A stretch of DNA of 64,000 nucleotides. Origin: Euglena gracilis (taxonomy: Eukaryota). The number at the start of each line of letters is the position of its first letter. The first letter of the stretch is position 1. Shown here piece by piece: positions 47,581 through 59,762 of the stretch. Made by a program: the position numbers and the translations under genes. The notes beneath the pieces are model-generated. The model did not search any database. It had not been told where the DNA came from and worked only from the letters and a program-made list of their open reading frames with translations. The stretch lies in NCBI GenBank assembly GCA_039621445.1, contig CP154954.1, positions 37,433,703 to 37,497,702 of the forward strand, written 5' to 3'.

Positions 47581-48955
47581 ATATATAATATATAATATAT
47601 AATATATATATCTTAGTATATATATAATATAGATTGAGATCATATATATATTATAATATATATATATATAAAAAACTGGAAAATGTCGGCCTTATCAGGA
47701 AAACAGGGGGTTTCTTATAGGTGGTTGGGTTCAAGCTCCCCAGGGGTTTCTTATAGGTGGGGGTTTTTTATAGGTGGGCGTCGGTCCAAAAATCCTCAAA
47801 GGGTTTCTTATAGGTGGGAGTTTACCCCCCCTTATTGTCCCACCGACCTCCCCCCGGGAGGCCCGACCGGACAACAGGGGGGGGGGGACAATGAGGGGGT
47901 ACCAAAGGAATTTCATTGGCCGGGCCAAAAAAAACCCCCCGTCGACCGGGGCCGAGGGACAATAAGGGGGGGGACAATAAGGGGGGGTGGTACGCTATTT
48001 TTGGGCCACGTTGGCCATTTTGGCCATTTTGGGCCATTTTGGGCCACCTTGAATAGTTTTTTTGGGCTATTTTGAACATTTTGGGGTTTATATTCTGAAA
48101 TTTGGGTTGTTAGTTCCTTATTTGGGGCTGAACTCCAAACTTGATCGATGCAATTTTTTTCAAATTTTGTTGTTTGGAGATTCCTAATTTGGTCATTATT
48201 ACAGGGACCAAAAAAAAGGGAAAAGAAAATTAACCCCCCTCCCCACGCTGAAAGAAATTTTTGACTGCTTTTGGCCACTTTTGGCCTTTTGTCGGCTCAA
48301 ATTTTTTTCGGACATTGAAACCCATTTATAAGAAACCCCCACCTATAAGAATATATCGGGCCATTTTCTGGAAACCCACCTATAATAAACGGGTTTCTCA
48401 TGAGGGGGGGAGGGTTTAAATGGCCTGAAATGGGCCCAAAATCAATACCCCCCCCTCATTGTCCCCCCCCTTATTGTCCCTGGGCCCCGGCCGACAGGGG
48501 TTTTTTGGCCCGGCCAATGAAAATCCTTTGGTACGGTCTTATTTCCCCCCCCCTTATTGTCCGGTCGGGCCTCCCGGGGGAAGGTCGGTGGGACAATAAG
48601 GGGGGGGGGGGATAAGCCAAAAATGGCAAAAAAGCCCAAATGCCTGAATTGTGCTTAAAAAGCCCAAATTTTCAAAAAAAAAAAACTTGCCGTTTGGCCG
48701 CCCGAAGGGCGGCGAAACGGAAGCGATGTCCAACAGCAAAAACACCTAAAAGTTCAATGAAAAGTTGGGTTCTTAATCTGAAAGAACTCTTTCACAAACT
48801 GCAAAAAAAATTTGGAGGGTAATTATTTTTTGGCAGGGGGACGAAAAAATTTTGAGTCAAAAAAATCTCGGGGGGGGGAAATCTCCGGGGGTGGGGGATG
48901 GCCCCCCCCCCTTGCCCCCCCCCCCAGTTTCTACACCAATACACACACACACCAC

Positions 48956-49065
48956 ACAAAAATCGTCCATGTCACCCGGACACACCGTGTGTCCGGGTTA
49001 TGGGCGCCGAAGGCGCCCATAACCCGGGTACACGGTATGTCCGGGTGACAATGGACGATTTTTGT
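48956..49065. mobile_element. Near-perfect foldback element of about 110 bp with a GAA triloop
   Basis: ACAAAAATCGTCCA..GGGTTATGGGCGCC-GAA-GGCGCCCATAACCC..TGGACGATTTTTGT. Confidence 0.75.
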
Positions 49066-49070
49066 CTATA

Positions 49071-50787
49071 TCCGTTGACTAAGAGGCCCAAGACACACAC
49101 TGTGTCTCGTGGAACTTAGCCACGCAATGTCTACCCCGTATTTTTTTGCGATTGTTTGTCAAATTTTCAGTTCACGAGGACACACACTGTGTCTCGTGGA
49201 CTGGCAGTCCACGAGACACAGTGTGTGTCCTCGTGAACTGAAAAAATCAAGAATTCCCACTGGTCCGACCAACGAGTACCCCCCAATAACTTGGCCTTTC
49301 TGCAACTTTTGGCTTAGAGCATAAAGGTTTCTCGTGGACAAGTTAAACCACATTCCACTACCTGTCCTTGCAGTTTCTTCTTTCGGAAAATGAAGAAGAC
49401 CGCAAACAGTGTGTACCGCATGCTCCCCCGACCCCCGAAACCAGATGAATTTGTTGCTACACTGGAAAAGTATTTGGTCGATTTGCAGAAGGGCCCTGCT
49501 GTTGACCCAATACACGGTACGTTGTTGGCCAACGTGTTGGAAGACAAGCCAAAAGGGACCGCAAAGGCTGAGCGTGTAGCTGTTACATGCCTGTTGGAGT
49601 TCCAGCAGGTGTGTAAACATCTGAACGCTCGGTACGAGGACCTGGATGGCTTTTTTTCCGCACGGGCTGGTTGGGTCATTGACCCCAGATATTTGTTTGA
49701 TGAGGCTACCCCATCAATCAAGCTGAGCAACAACGCCGGGCACAGTGTGGCACCACATTCAAATTCGAGACATACCTGCCTTCTACTGTCCGAGGTCATT
49801 TCAACTCTCTCGCACGGGTGTTCACATCTGTTGACCCGGACGGCACTCCGGTTCCATCTTCCAAAAAACAGTTTCCGCAACTGAACCGCCTCATGACGTC
49901 GGCTCTGACGCGAGAGAGTTCCTAGAAAGCTGTGGGTACGGCTGCCCACCCACCTGTGGAAATTCTTCAGGACGAGGAACTTCCTACCGTGCTGGCTTCC
50001 GTGGATTGGCGCAAGCCTTTTGAGAGCCAACGTGCAAACATCCTCATTTTGGCGTACAGCACGGGGTACCGAAGTGAGGTTTTGAGGCGGTTGGAAGTGG
50101 GCTCTTTTGTGGAAACGCGGACCGAAGATGGAAAACGAAGGTCATCGTCATAGATGAGGAGCCCGAGTTCTGCACGCAGCCGTCCGCGCTTGGCCGCTGG
50201 AACTGGAGCGCGACGATGACGACCTGGCTGTCGAGCGCAACCGCGCTCAGTAGTCTAAGTGGACCATTTTTGGCGCTCCCCCATCTGCGGAGCACGTGGC
50301 CCAGGATATGTCAAACATTCCCTCCCTTTTCCCTGCCGTCTCCTCCTCCCGGGCAAACAAACGCCCTCGTCCTGTCCGTCCCAATTGTGGGTTTTGTGGG
50401 GTCACCGTTCCTTTGAACCTACCCTGTCGTGAGCTAAATGCTGTGGTCTGTGATGCGTGTGGGCTGTCGTACCACTGGAAGTGTGCTAACCTGGTGCGTC
50501 CCCCAAAGCATGGGTCCTGGATTTGTGAGACGTGTGTTGGTCAGTAAGGCGTAACGCAGGGTAAGGCATCTCCTGGTTGTCTGTTATGCCGTTCCGTGTC
50601 CCGACAACCATTGTTCCAAATTCGCGCCAATTGTCTCTCAGCTGTTACAGCTCACGGTTATCCGGCGACCATCTTTCCACTGCCCTGCTGCATTGCATTA
50701 GATGTAGAACACCTCGCATTTCTGGCAAACACCTTTTATTTTTCAGTCCACGAGACACAGTGTGTGTTTTGGGCCTCAGTCCACGGA
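49071..50787 (+). mobile_element. TA-flanked TIR element encoding a decayed Crypton-like tyrosine recombinase with a C-terminal PHD finger
   Basis: TIRs of about 40 bp (TCCGT(T/G)GACT..GAGGCCCAA(G/A)ACACACACTGTGTCTCGTGGA), with TA at 49069-70 and 50788-89. Coding relic at 49390-50547. Confidence 0.78.
49390..50547 (+). pseudogene. Tyrosine recombinase-PHD fusion relic (frameshifts, TAG stops, distal catalytic boxes missing)
   Basis: Core-binding-like YLPSTVRGHFNSLARVF near 49770; YR box I ILILAYSTGYRSEVLRRL at about 50040-50095; PHD C4HC3 CGFC..VVCDAC..YHWKC..GSWICETC at about 50386-50535. No HxxR/Y box found. Confidence 0.72.
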
Positions 50788-52739
50788 TACAAACATGAAC
50801 ATGGGCACGCATACACGCGCGCACGCACACACATGCATATGCACGCACAGAAGGTGTGTGGAACACACATCATATGCAGAGCGGACAATATGGTTTGTGG
50901 TGGTTTCGGTAAGCCCGCGCGAGCAGGGGGATTGAAGGGAGGCAGCAGGCCAGGCAGTAGGAGCGGGCGGGCTGCGCTCTATTTTTTTGAGCCGAAAATG
51001 AGCGTTTTTTGACCCGCCAGCACCCCGTTTTGCCCCGAAACTCATGGAGTTCGGGCCAAAAACGAAAAACGGGTCAAAAAAGTCGAAAAATCGAAAAAAA
51101 TGAAAATCTGCAATATTCGCAGTCCCATTCCTTTCCAATGTCCATTACCATCCCCCCCATTATGTACCTCCCCCCGGGAGGCCGAAATTGGGGGGGAGGT
51201 ACATAATGGGGGGGGAGGTGCACAATGGGGGGGGGTACCCAGGTCCCATTCCCAGACCCGACCCTCGAACAGCCCAAAAGGGCCCATTATGTACCCCCTG
51301 GGGGGGAGGTGCATAATGGGGGGGGGATGGTGGCCCACTTTCATAACGCTTTTTCTAAAGAACTTCCCAAAAAAAGTGCTCAAAAATCGACGTTTTTGGA
51401 ACGTTTTCAAAAAGTGATATTAGGCAAATGTGCTTAAAATTGACCATTTATTGCGAACATCCAAAAAGTTGCCAAAAATGACTCAGCACTCTTCAAAGCC
51501 TGGTCAATTATAGGGGGGGGGGCAGTCAAGGTGTGTCAAGACCAAAACTTTGACACAACATCATTGAAAAGGTCAGGATCTCCTTGGGATTCATTTTAAA
51601 ACGCCATAGCTGGCGTTTTCTTTGTTTTTTTTTTAAAAAAAACGTGTTTTTTTTTGACTTCGTTTTAAACGAAGTGCCAGCTGTGGTTGAAACATCCCAA
51701 ATTTGGTGTCTTTCTCTGACCGAGGATGGGCAAAAAAAGCTAAAATTAAATTCGCGCCGGGAAAAAAAAGGATGTGCGCCAAATTTTGTCGGTTCCTCGC
51801 CCCCCCCCCCGGGAAAAAAATTGTTCCGACACCGATGTACCATCCCCCCCCATTGTGTACCTCCCCCCGGGAGGCCGAAATTGGGGGGAGGTACACAATG
51901 GGGGGGAGGCACCATGCCCCCCCCATATTGTGCCCCCCCATAATGTACCCCCATACTTGGCATTTTTTTTAAAAAAAACAAAACAACGTGTTTTTTCAAA
52001 AAGAAACGCCAAAAAAAACATCAAAAAAAACAAAAGGAAAATTTCATTGAAAAAACTCGTTATGAAACACCCAAACCATACTTCGAATCCTACTAAGTTC
52101 AAAAATTGCCAAAAAAATGGTCAAAAACATTCAAAAAAATGCAAGAAAATGCAACTTTAAGACTTTTTTCATTTTTTGTTTAAGGAAATATTTGGCAGAA
52201 ATGCCCCAAAACTTGCCAAAAATGATTGAAAATATACATTCAAAAAAATTCCGAGCAAAACCTTGTTGGCGTTTTTTTGTTTTTTTTAAAAAAAACATTG
52301 TTAGAATTTAAAAAAAACAAAGAAAAAACAAAGTCCAAAAAAAACAGGTTGCCAACTATGTGTACCCCCTCATTGGATTGACCGTGTATCGCTTCGATCG
52401 GAGAGGCCAGACACCATGACCTTTCCCCCCCCCATATTGTCCCCCCCCATAATGTACCTCCCCCCCAGAAAATGGCTCCCAGGGGGGGTACAATATGGGG
52501 GGCATGGTACACAATGGGGGGGGTACCCAGGTCCCCACAGCCCAAAAGGGGTCATTTTTGGCAACTTTTTGGATGTTCGCAGTAAATGGTCAATTTTCAG
52601 CACATTTGCCAAATGTCACTTTTTGAAAACGTCCCAATGGGGGGTTGGTACACCCCCCCCCCCCCCCCTCTCCGAGGGGCCAACCCTTTGTGCTAAGGGT
52701 TGATGCCATAGGGTACGCCGTGGGGGCAACGTAAGAGCA

Positions 52740-54978
52740 AATGAAGGAGGGGGAGGAAGACCCACAGCCCAGGATGTGATTGAGAAAAAAACTGTGCCAG
52801 TGGCTTTTATGTCTCGAAAATTGACCGAGGGGCAAAGAAAATGGACCCCCAGGGAGTTGGAGACGTACGCCATAATTTTGGCACTACAAAAATGGGAGAG
52901 TTGGATTGGATTGCAACCCGTTTTGGTTTTAACCGACCACCAAAGTTTGGAGTCTTGGACAAGGGAGGTCCTAGACACCCCCAGTGGTCCGGTTGGGAGG
53001 AGGGCGAGATGGCATCAAATTTTCTCCAAGTATGACTTGACGGTGGGATATATCCCAGGTAAAGAAAATACCATAGCCGATATCCTTAATCGATGGGCAT
53101 ACCCAGCTACACAGACACCAATTATATACGTGAGGAAAAATAAGAGGAGAAACAGTGTTTGGAGATAAGAATCAAAAACCAGCCCAATTTACGTAATGCC
53201 TGGATACGGGGGGTGACAACCCGTAGTGGCAAAAACGTAACACCCGAGGAGGAAAAAGGAGAGTGCACAAGGAGGGGAACCGAGGGTGGGGTAGACCCAG
53301 GAGGAAAAGACACACCTGTGGACACCCACTCACAAGGGCCCAGGAAAGAAAAGAAACGAGTTCATTTTTGGGATGAGAAAGTGGGGGGGGGAGACGACCC
53401 CTGTCCCGGAGACGGCTGAAAGTTCGAGGGGGGACACTCGTATGGAAGTGGGGGACGCCCTGCCAAGTACGACCCCTAAGGATATTAAGCCCGTATGGGA
53501 GCGTGATTGGGGGGAAGCATATTCCCGATGCCCCACATGGAAAGAAAAATGGGAGGCTACCAAAGGTGGTTCAGTTTGGCCCAAAAGCTATAAAGTCTTG
53601 AACGGTCAACTGTTTTTTGGGGAAAAGTTGTGTGTGCCTGAAAGTTTCCAACCCTTGGTGATTCAAGAAAATCACGAGTTTTTTGGGCACGTTGGCCCTG
53701 AAAAAGTTTGGAAGCACATGACAATCCGTTTTGTTTGGGCTGATGAAAAGGCTGCAAAGCAACTCAACCAAAATTGCAGCAAAAATTGTTCCACATGCCA
53801 AGCGAGTGTGAGGGGGGAGAGTTTGAAAGGACCGATCGAGTCCACACCCATACCCCCTGCACTAATGACAAGTGTTGCCATCGATTTGTTTCGGATGCCA
53901 AGGGTTTTACACGATGGGGGGGAGTATGACACCCTAGCCCTTTGTGTGGATAGGCATTCGGGTTGGATTGTGGGGGTTGCATGCAAGGACAAGGGACTAA
54001 CCGGTGCCAAGTTGGCTAAGGAAATGGTGAAAAATCAGTGGAGGCCTTTTGGGGTTCCCTCGGTCATCTCAAGTGACCAAGGGAGCCATTTCACAAGCAC
54101 TTGGTGGAAAAACATGTGTGCGCTTTTGGGGATTAGGCAAGTGTATTCCCAAGCATACCACCACCAAGCAAACGGGATGGTTGAGAGAGCCGGACAACAG
54201 GTAATGGAGGTGTTGAGAAAATTGTATGTGGAGGAAAAAATTAATTGGGTTGAAGCTTTACCCCAAGTTTTGGACCGAATTCATGACGTAAAAGGTGAAA
54301 GTGGATTGAGCCCATAGGAAATTGTGACTGGAAGGGAAAGGCCACTGGCAGGGGTACCCTACCAACCACCCAAAGAATGTGAGGATTCGGTGGAGTTTTT
54401 CCGAAGGATGCAAGACATTGAAGGGAGGGTGGCTAGGATACTCAACAAAAAGCATGAGGAGGAGGTGGCAAGGATAAATAAGGGGAGGAAAGAAATGGAA
54501 CCCCTAAAGGTGGGGACGACGGTTTGGTATAGGAGACCGACCCGAGGGGTCGGGTGAGAAGCTTGACTCTAGGTGGGTGGGACCTGGAGTCGTGAAGGGT
54601 AGAGAAGGGGAACGGAGTTATGTAATTGAGATGAAATCTGGGGTGGAGACAAAAGCTCATACGAGATTTTTGAAGGAGTATCGGGAACCCCAAGTGGAAG
54701 GTAAGGGGGTGCCTCTTTTTAACTATAAACGGACCGAAAAAGAAGAAGAGGCATTACCTGATGAGTGGGAGGTTGAAAAAATTCTAAGGCACCGAAAAGG
54801 AAAAGATGGAAAATGGGAATTTTTGACCAAGTGGGTCGGATATGAGGACGGGGAGGAGACTTGGGAACCGGCAGGAAATTTCATTCACCGTTTCAGTGGG
54901 GAGTTTGTGAGGTATTGTCGTGAGAAAAAAGTGAAAATGGACATAATGTCCGAACTTAAAATTGACGGTGGGCCGTAG
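52740..54978 (+). mobile_element. Decayed Ty3/Gypsy chromovirus pol 3' half: RNase H, integrase, chromodomain
   Basis: RNase H PVAFMSRKL..RELETYAI..LTDHQSL..NTIADIL; integrase HHCC (HEFFGH..CSTCQ) and core IDLF..VDRHSG..SDQGSHF..QANGMVER; chromodomain WEVEKILRHR..EFLTKWVGY..ETWEP. TAG at 54315-17 and a frameshift near 54550. Confidence 0.92.
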
Positions 54979-55419
54979 GCTCTAAGGTGAGCCATAAGGC
55001 CCTGTCAAAGGCTCTACGGCGAGCCAAGTGGGAAGGCAAAGTGCTGTTTTTAACCGAACACCAAAATTCAAAAGCCGGCTTTGCACGTCCGTGTGGGTGT
55101 TTGTGCGCACATGCGCACGGGAGTGTGAAAGGAAGAATGTACAAAGGCAAGCATTTGAGAATGTGAGAATGGAGAAAGATAGAAAAAGGCCCTGCAAGGG
55201 GGCCGGGGCACCACAGTATATTCGCTGCACGTTCGCTATATTGCCGTCCGCTGTCTCCCTTCCCTTCCTCTACCTTACCCCGCTGCCCTTACACCTTACC
55301 CCACATTGCCGTCACGTCCCATATGGTGGTGTTGTAAGGATTCCTTTTCAAAGCATCGGATATGTGGATGATGTGGTTGGGAGTCCATGGTCACATAATG
55401 AGCCCCCCCATCGGTTTGA

Positions 55420-55715
55420 CAAATATCCCCCCGGCCCGAGGAGGGGGGGGGGCGTTTGATTTTTGGACAAAAATCCCCCCGCCCCGAGGGGGGGGGGGGG
55501 CGCTTGAATTTTAAAAAAATCCCCCGGCCCGAGGAGGGGGGGGGGCGTTTGATTTTTGGATAAAAATCCCCGGCCCGAGGAGGGGGGGGGCGCTTGAGCT
55601 TTTTGACAAAAATACCTCTGGCCCGAGGAGGGGGGGGCCAACCGAATTTTTACCAAAAATCCCCCGACGCGAAGGGGGGGGGGCGCCAACCGAATTTTTA
55701 CCAAAAAATCCCCCA
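55420..55715. repeat. Tandem repeats of about 45-50 bp (AAAATCCCCCGGCCCGAGGAGGGGGGGGGCG..)
   Basis: About six imperfect units in direct tandem with no unique spacers. Confidence 0.7.
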
Positions 55716-58700
55716 ACCCGTTGGAAGGGGGGGGCAGAACTTGGTGAAGACCCTCATACCACCCGTGAGAAGCGGGGGGGGGGGCAGCCTAATATTCATT
55801 GGTTGGTGAACCAAGTCTTTCCCAAAGGTTTGAAGGCACTTGAAAGCCATAGTCCCTGAAGTTTGTTTCGCATTTGTTGATTCAAGGGAGAATGGGTGTG
55901 GGACATTAGCTTTGGATGAAAGAGTGCCGAATGGTGGATTTCCCCCCCCGTTGTTGAGGAACGGGGGGGGGGGACGAATTTTTGGTGTCCGACTAAGGTC
56001 GCAAGGGAGAGGGTGTCGGCCGCCGGCTTTCGCCGGCAGCCAAAAAAATGCCAGAAGGTGCAAATTACAAAGTCGCGGGTAACAGCCAATCAGTTAAAAA
56101 AACCCGCGACTTAAATTGGAAGCGGGTCAAATTTCGAAGCGCCTTCGAATTTGTTTTTTTTCACAGAACTTGAGGTGTTTTCCCCAATATTTGGCAAGAA
56201 GGAATACTATTGTATTGAATTTGGCAATTGGACTTTGATTTGGAGTGGCAAGTTGAGTTTCATTGTTGGTCATTGATTCATTGAAGTCAATTGAATTGAA
56301 GGAACCTTTAACACCACCGCCCACCCTCCTATATCTTCACCTTCGCCTCCGCTTTCACCCCCGACGACCACTCCTTGCCCCAAGGTTTGCACATTCCATA
56401 CATTCACATTTCACAGTTTTCGGTTTCAAGTGTCTTCTCATTAAAGTTTCAGAGTTTCAGAAATCAAGTTTCTTTCAGTTTTTGACTTCAAAAGTTTCAA
56501 GCTCCAGTGGGTTGGTTTTGCTCACAAGGTGTGCAAGGGAGAGAGAGAGAGAGAAAAGTGAGATTTGCAAGCAAAATGGCAGATTTTTCGATTTTAAGCA
56601 AAATTTCGGAAACCGTTCAAAAAACGATCCTACGCACCGGCTGGGGTTGGGGAAACCACCTGGGTGAAAAAAGGGGTTGACTTGAGCCCACCAACTCCCG
56701 GAGAAAGCGCAGGCCCCACCCCGGAAACACCCCCCCCCCCCCTGTCGGTGGTCCTCCCCACCGGCGAGGACCCCCCGGGGCCCTCGGCCCGAAGGGACTC
56801 GGCGGTCGCGGGGGCGACCGGCGGCCCGGGGGTGGCGGACCCGGTGAACAACACTCTTCTTCTTCTTATTCTTCCTCTTCTTTCGTCTTCGTCTCTTCCT
56901 CGTTTTTTCTCCTTCGTTTTTCTCCTTGTTCCCCTTCTTGGAGAGGACATGAATGCCGTGGTGTCTGTGGCGTCACAAACACACATAATTCTCGGAAAAT
57001 GCTGCCAAAAAGACCCAGTCACCTCCACACTCCCAAGGAAAAAGTTTGGCCTCCTGCAAGGAAGGTTCTGTTTCTTGTTTTTTTGGAAAACTTGAAAACC
57101 CCGTTATAAAAAAGTAAACGATATTTGGCAAAAACTGCCTTCCACAAAATCAAAAAAGCACTTAATGCTGAATTAATCTGACCGAAATGCCTCAAAATCT
57201 CAGAAAAAAACATAATCTGGACAGCTGCCAGCCAGCCCCCCCACCACCCTGACGCTGTGGATCTGCCAAATCTGCCGCGATCTAAAGGCAATAGAACTGG
57301 GTTTATAGTTAAAAGAATTTGAAACTCCCGTTTTGGATTTTTCTAAGGAGGGGAAATGTTCCAAAAATGCCTGTTAATTTTTTTTTCCGGGTTGTCTGTT
57401 TTGTGCCGAGATTTGGTCATAACATTTTTGCTTCGACAGAAAAAAATTTGGACGTGCATTTTTCAAATGTCTGACAACGTTTTCGATGGCCATATTACAC
57501 CTGTTCACCTAATCAAGCGCTCGTCGCCGTTCATCCACGTTATTCTAGGGGAAGATGTGGTGTTGTGAGCTTCAAGTGTTGGGTGGGTTGGGTTGCGAAA
57601 CCGTTCACACCAGGCAGACCGTGGCGGCCGTCCTGGTTCTCCGGATGCGGCGAAGTCTAGTCCCCCAGGGGACGTCCTTGCCCTGCATACCACCGACATT
57701 GGGCGGGGCCACTTCAGAGGCAGTGAGTCTCTGGGGTGTGGAAGCAAGAGCAATGGGAGATTGTTGTCTGAAGGCACTGGGAAGGTGATTTTTTTTGTTT
57801 CCACCTTCCACACCCTTGTAAGAATGTCAAAATACTTCACTTATGTTCTGCCCCATGTATGGAGCAATTCATGTTGAGTTGGCGGACCGGCCGCTGCTGC
57901 TGTTTTATATATAGCGAACTGCACAGCGAATTCAGCAACCGTCCAACTGTTTTCACTGATGAAGGCCCCCGCTTTCTTACCTATGTTTCAATCTGAAATT
58001 GTCTTTGGAGAAAGCAAATACAAGAAGGAAAATTACAAGCGCTGCAGCCAAAGTGGAGAAGCAATCAAAGGTTTCAAACCAAAAAGAAGTTCAGCTTTAT
58101 AACAAAAGATTGGGTATTTATTTATATATTTGGGCTGCTGCTGGCACAGAGAAGCAGTACAAGTAAAAAGGTGTTGGTGCTGTGTAGTACAAGCATTTAT
58201 TGGAGGGTCTCCAACCAGGCCTTTTCCTAAATACCCCTACCATCCGAAGGGAGGCCAAGCCGGAATCCCCTCCAACCCAGTCCCCAAAAAGGAGGGCGTT
58301 AGGTTCCCAGAAGAAATCCTATGTGGGAAGGGGAGTATCTCGAATCTACCCCGCTCCCCAGAGCCCATCGTGCCGACCCCAAACCCCGCCTGCACCCTCC
58401 GGAGTGAAAGCTTGGCAAAAAAATTATTTTCCAGGAAGATGGTAGTAGACGTTCTTAACAGAACAAAATTTCCTGGGAGCAAACCACACAGACAAGATGG
58501 ATCCGGCTCCCACGGATCCCCTCTCCCCAGAGCCCATCGCGCCGACACCTCACCAGGCCGGCACACCCTCACGGACCTCCAGGAATGAAAGCTGGGCAAA
58601 AACTTTATCCTTCGGGAAACTGTTGCTGAGTTGTTACAGCCCCTGGTTCAGGGGATCGAAACTAAAAAGCGCATCGCAAATAGGAAGCGAAGGTTATGAA

Positions 58701-59762
58701 AATGCACTCTCAACCAAAGTGGCACAAAAATAAAACAAAAAAGTGAAAAAACACCAAATTGCAGAAAAATCATTTAACACCTCCCCACTTTTCCACTGGA
58801 GAAACTGTGCTGGGCTCTGCTGCAAAATTTGTTTCATTTGTGTAAAATTAAGCACTCTGTTGTCCAAAAAGCAAAAAAATGGCAAAAAGCAGAAATAACT
58901 AAAAAAAACACAAAAATTTCCACAATCGAAAGACACAAAGAAACTGTGAAAAATTCGTTTTTTTAGAAAAAAACACATTTTTTTAGAAAAATAGAACTAT
59001 GCCAAATAGGCACCCACAATTTCACCTCACAAGGCCATTGAAAAAAAATGCCTGGGTCATTGCGACTGGGCCCCTGTGTACCAGGCAGCCGTAAGGCCAT
59101 GGTACTGTGTATGTAGGTATAAGCCTACGGCCAGATATAGCTCTGAGCCCCATACACAGTACTATGCTAGGTGGTATTCCTACAGATGGCCAACGGCCTG
59201 AATTAGGAATACCAAAGCCTAATTCTGGTTCTCCTCTCCACAGGTGGTATTCTTTGCTTTTCATTTTGACTTTGCAAGACTTGATCACCAAGTCTCATTT
59301 TTCACATTTGAAGTCCTGAAAGGACATTTGTCACTTTGTCTGGTCCGTAGCCCATAGGGCTCCTCCCCTGCCTTGTGCTCTGCCTCTTAATTGGGGAAAA
59401 GGGCAAACAACTTTTATATTATTCTTTTCATTTTTCTGTTACTCCAACTTTTACCTTTTTGCGCACCAAAGGGCGAAAGCGAGGAAAGGTTGGACGTACA
59501 CTTGGTAGCAGTTTAGGTTTTTCGATCCTTTTGACCGCAAACGGTCGTGTGGTGCCCCGCCTATAGGCGACCACAGACACTACAAGCCGTTTCCGGCCAA
59601 AGCCGTACGCACGGACACGTCCTCTGACGGTTCGCAGTATACGCTGCTTCAAACCTCAGAGTTCGGGTCTCTGCTTACTTTTTATACTATTCCCTCTTTT
59701 TGCACTTGTTCCTGCATTTTATCCCACAATCTACACTTGGTTTTTGCGTTTTTGCCTTAAAA

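Noticed and set aside
54979-55400. 3' LTR and polypurine tract of the chromovirus
   Set aside because: TGTAAGG at about 55333 is a possible start, but there is no partner LTR in the window to define the boundaries.
55420-55715. CRISPR-like appearance of tandem arrays (also 3242-3690, 9815-9970, 18400-18690)
   Set aside because: The units repeat in full with no unique spacers, there are no cas genes, and the context is eukaryotic.
57950-58000. CTGATGAAGGCC as a hammerhead ribozyme core
   Set aside because: No closing stem II or correctly placed GAAA follows.
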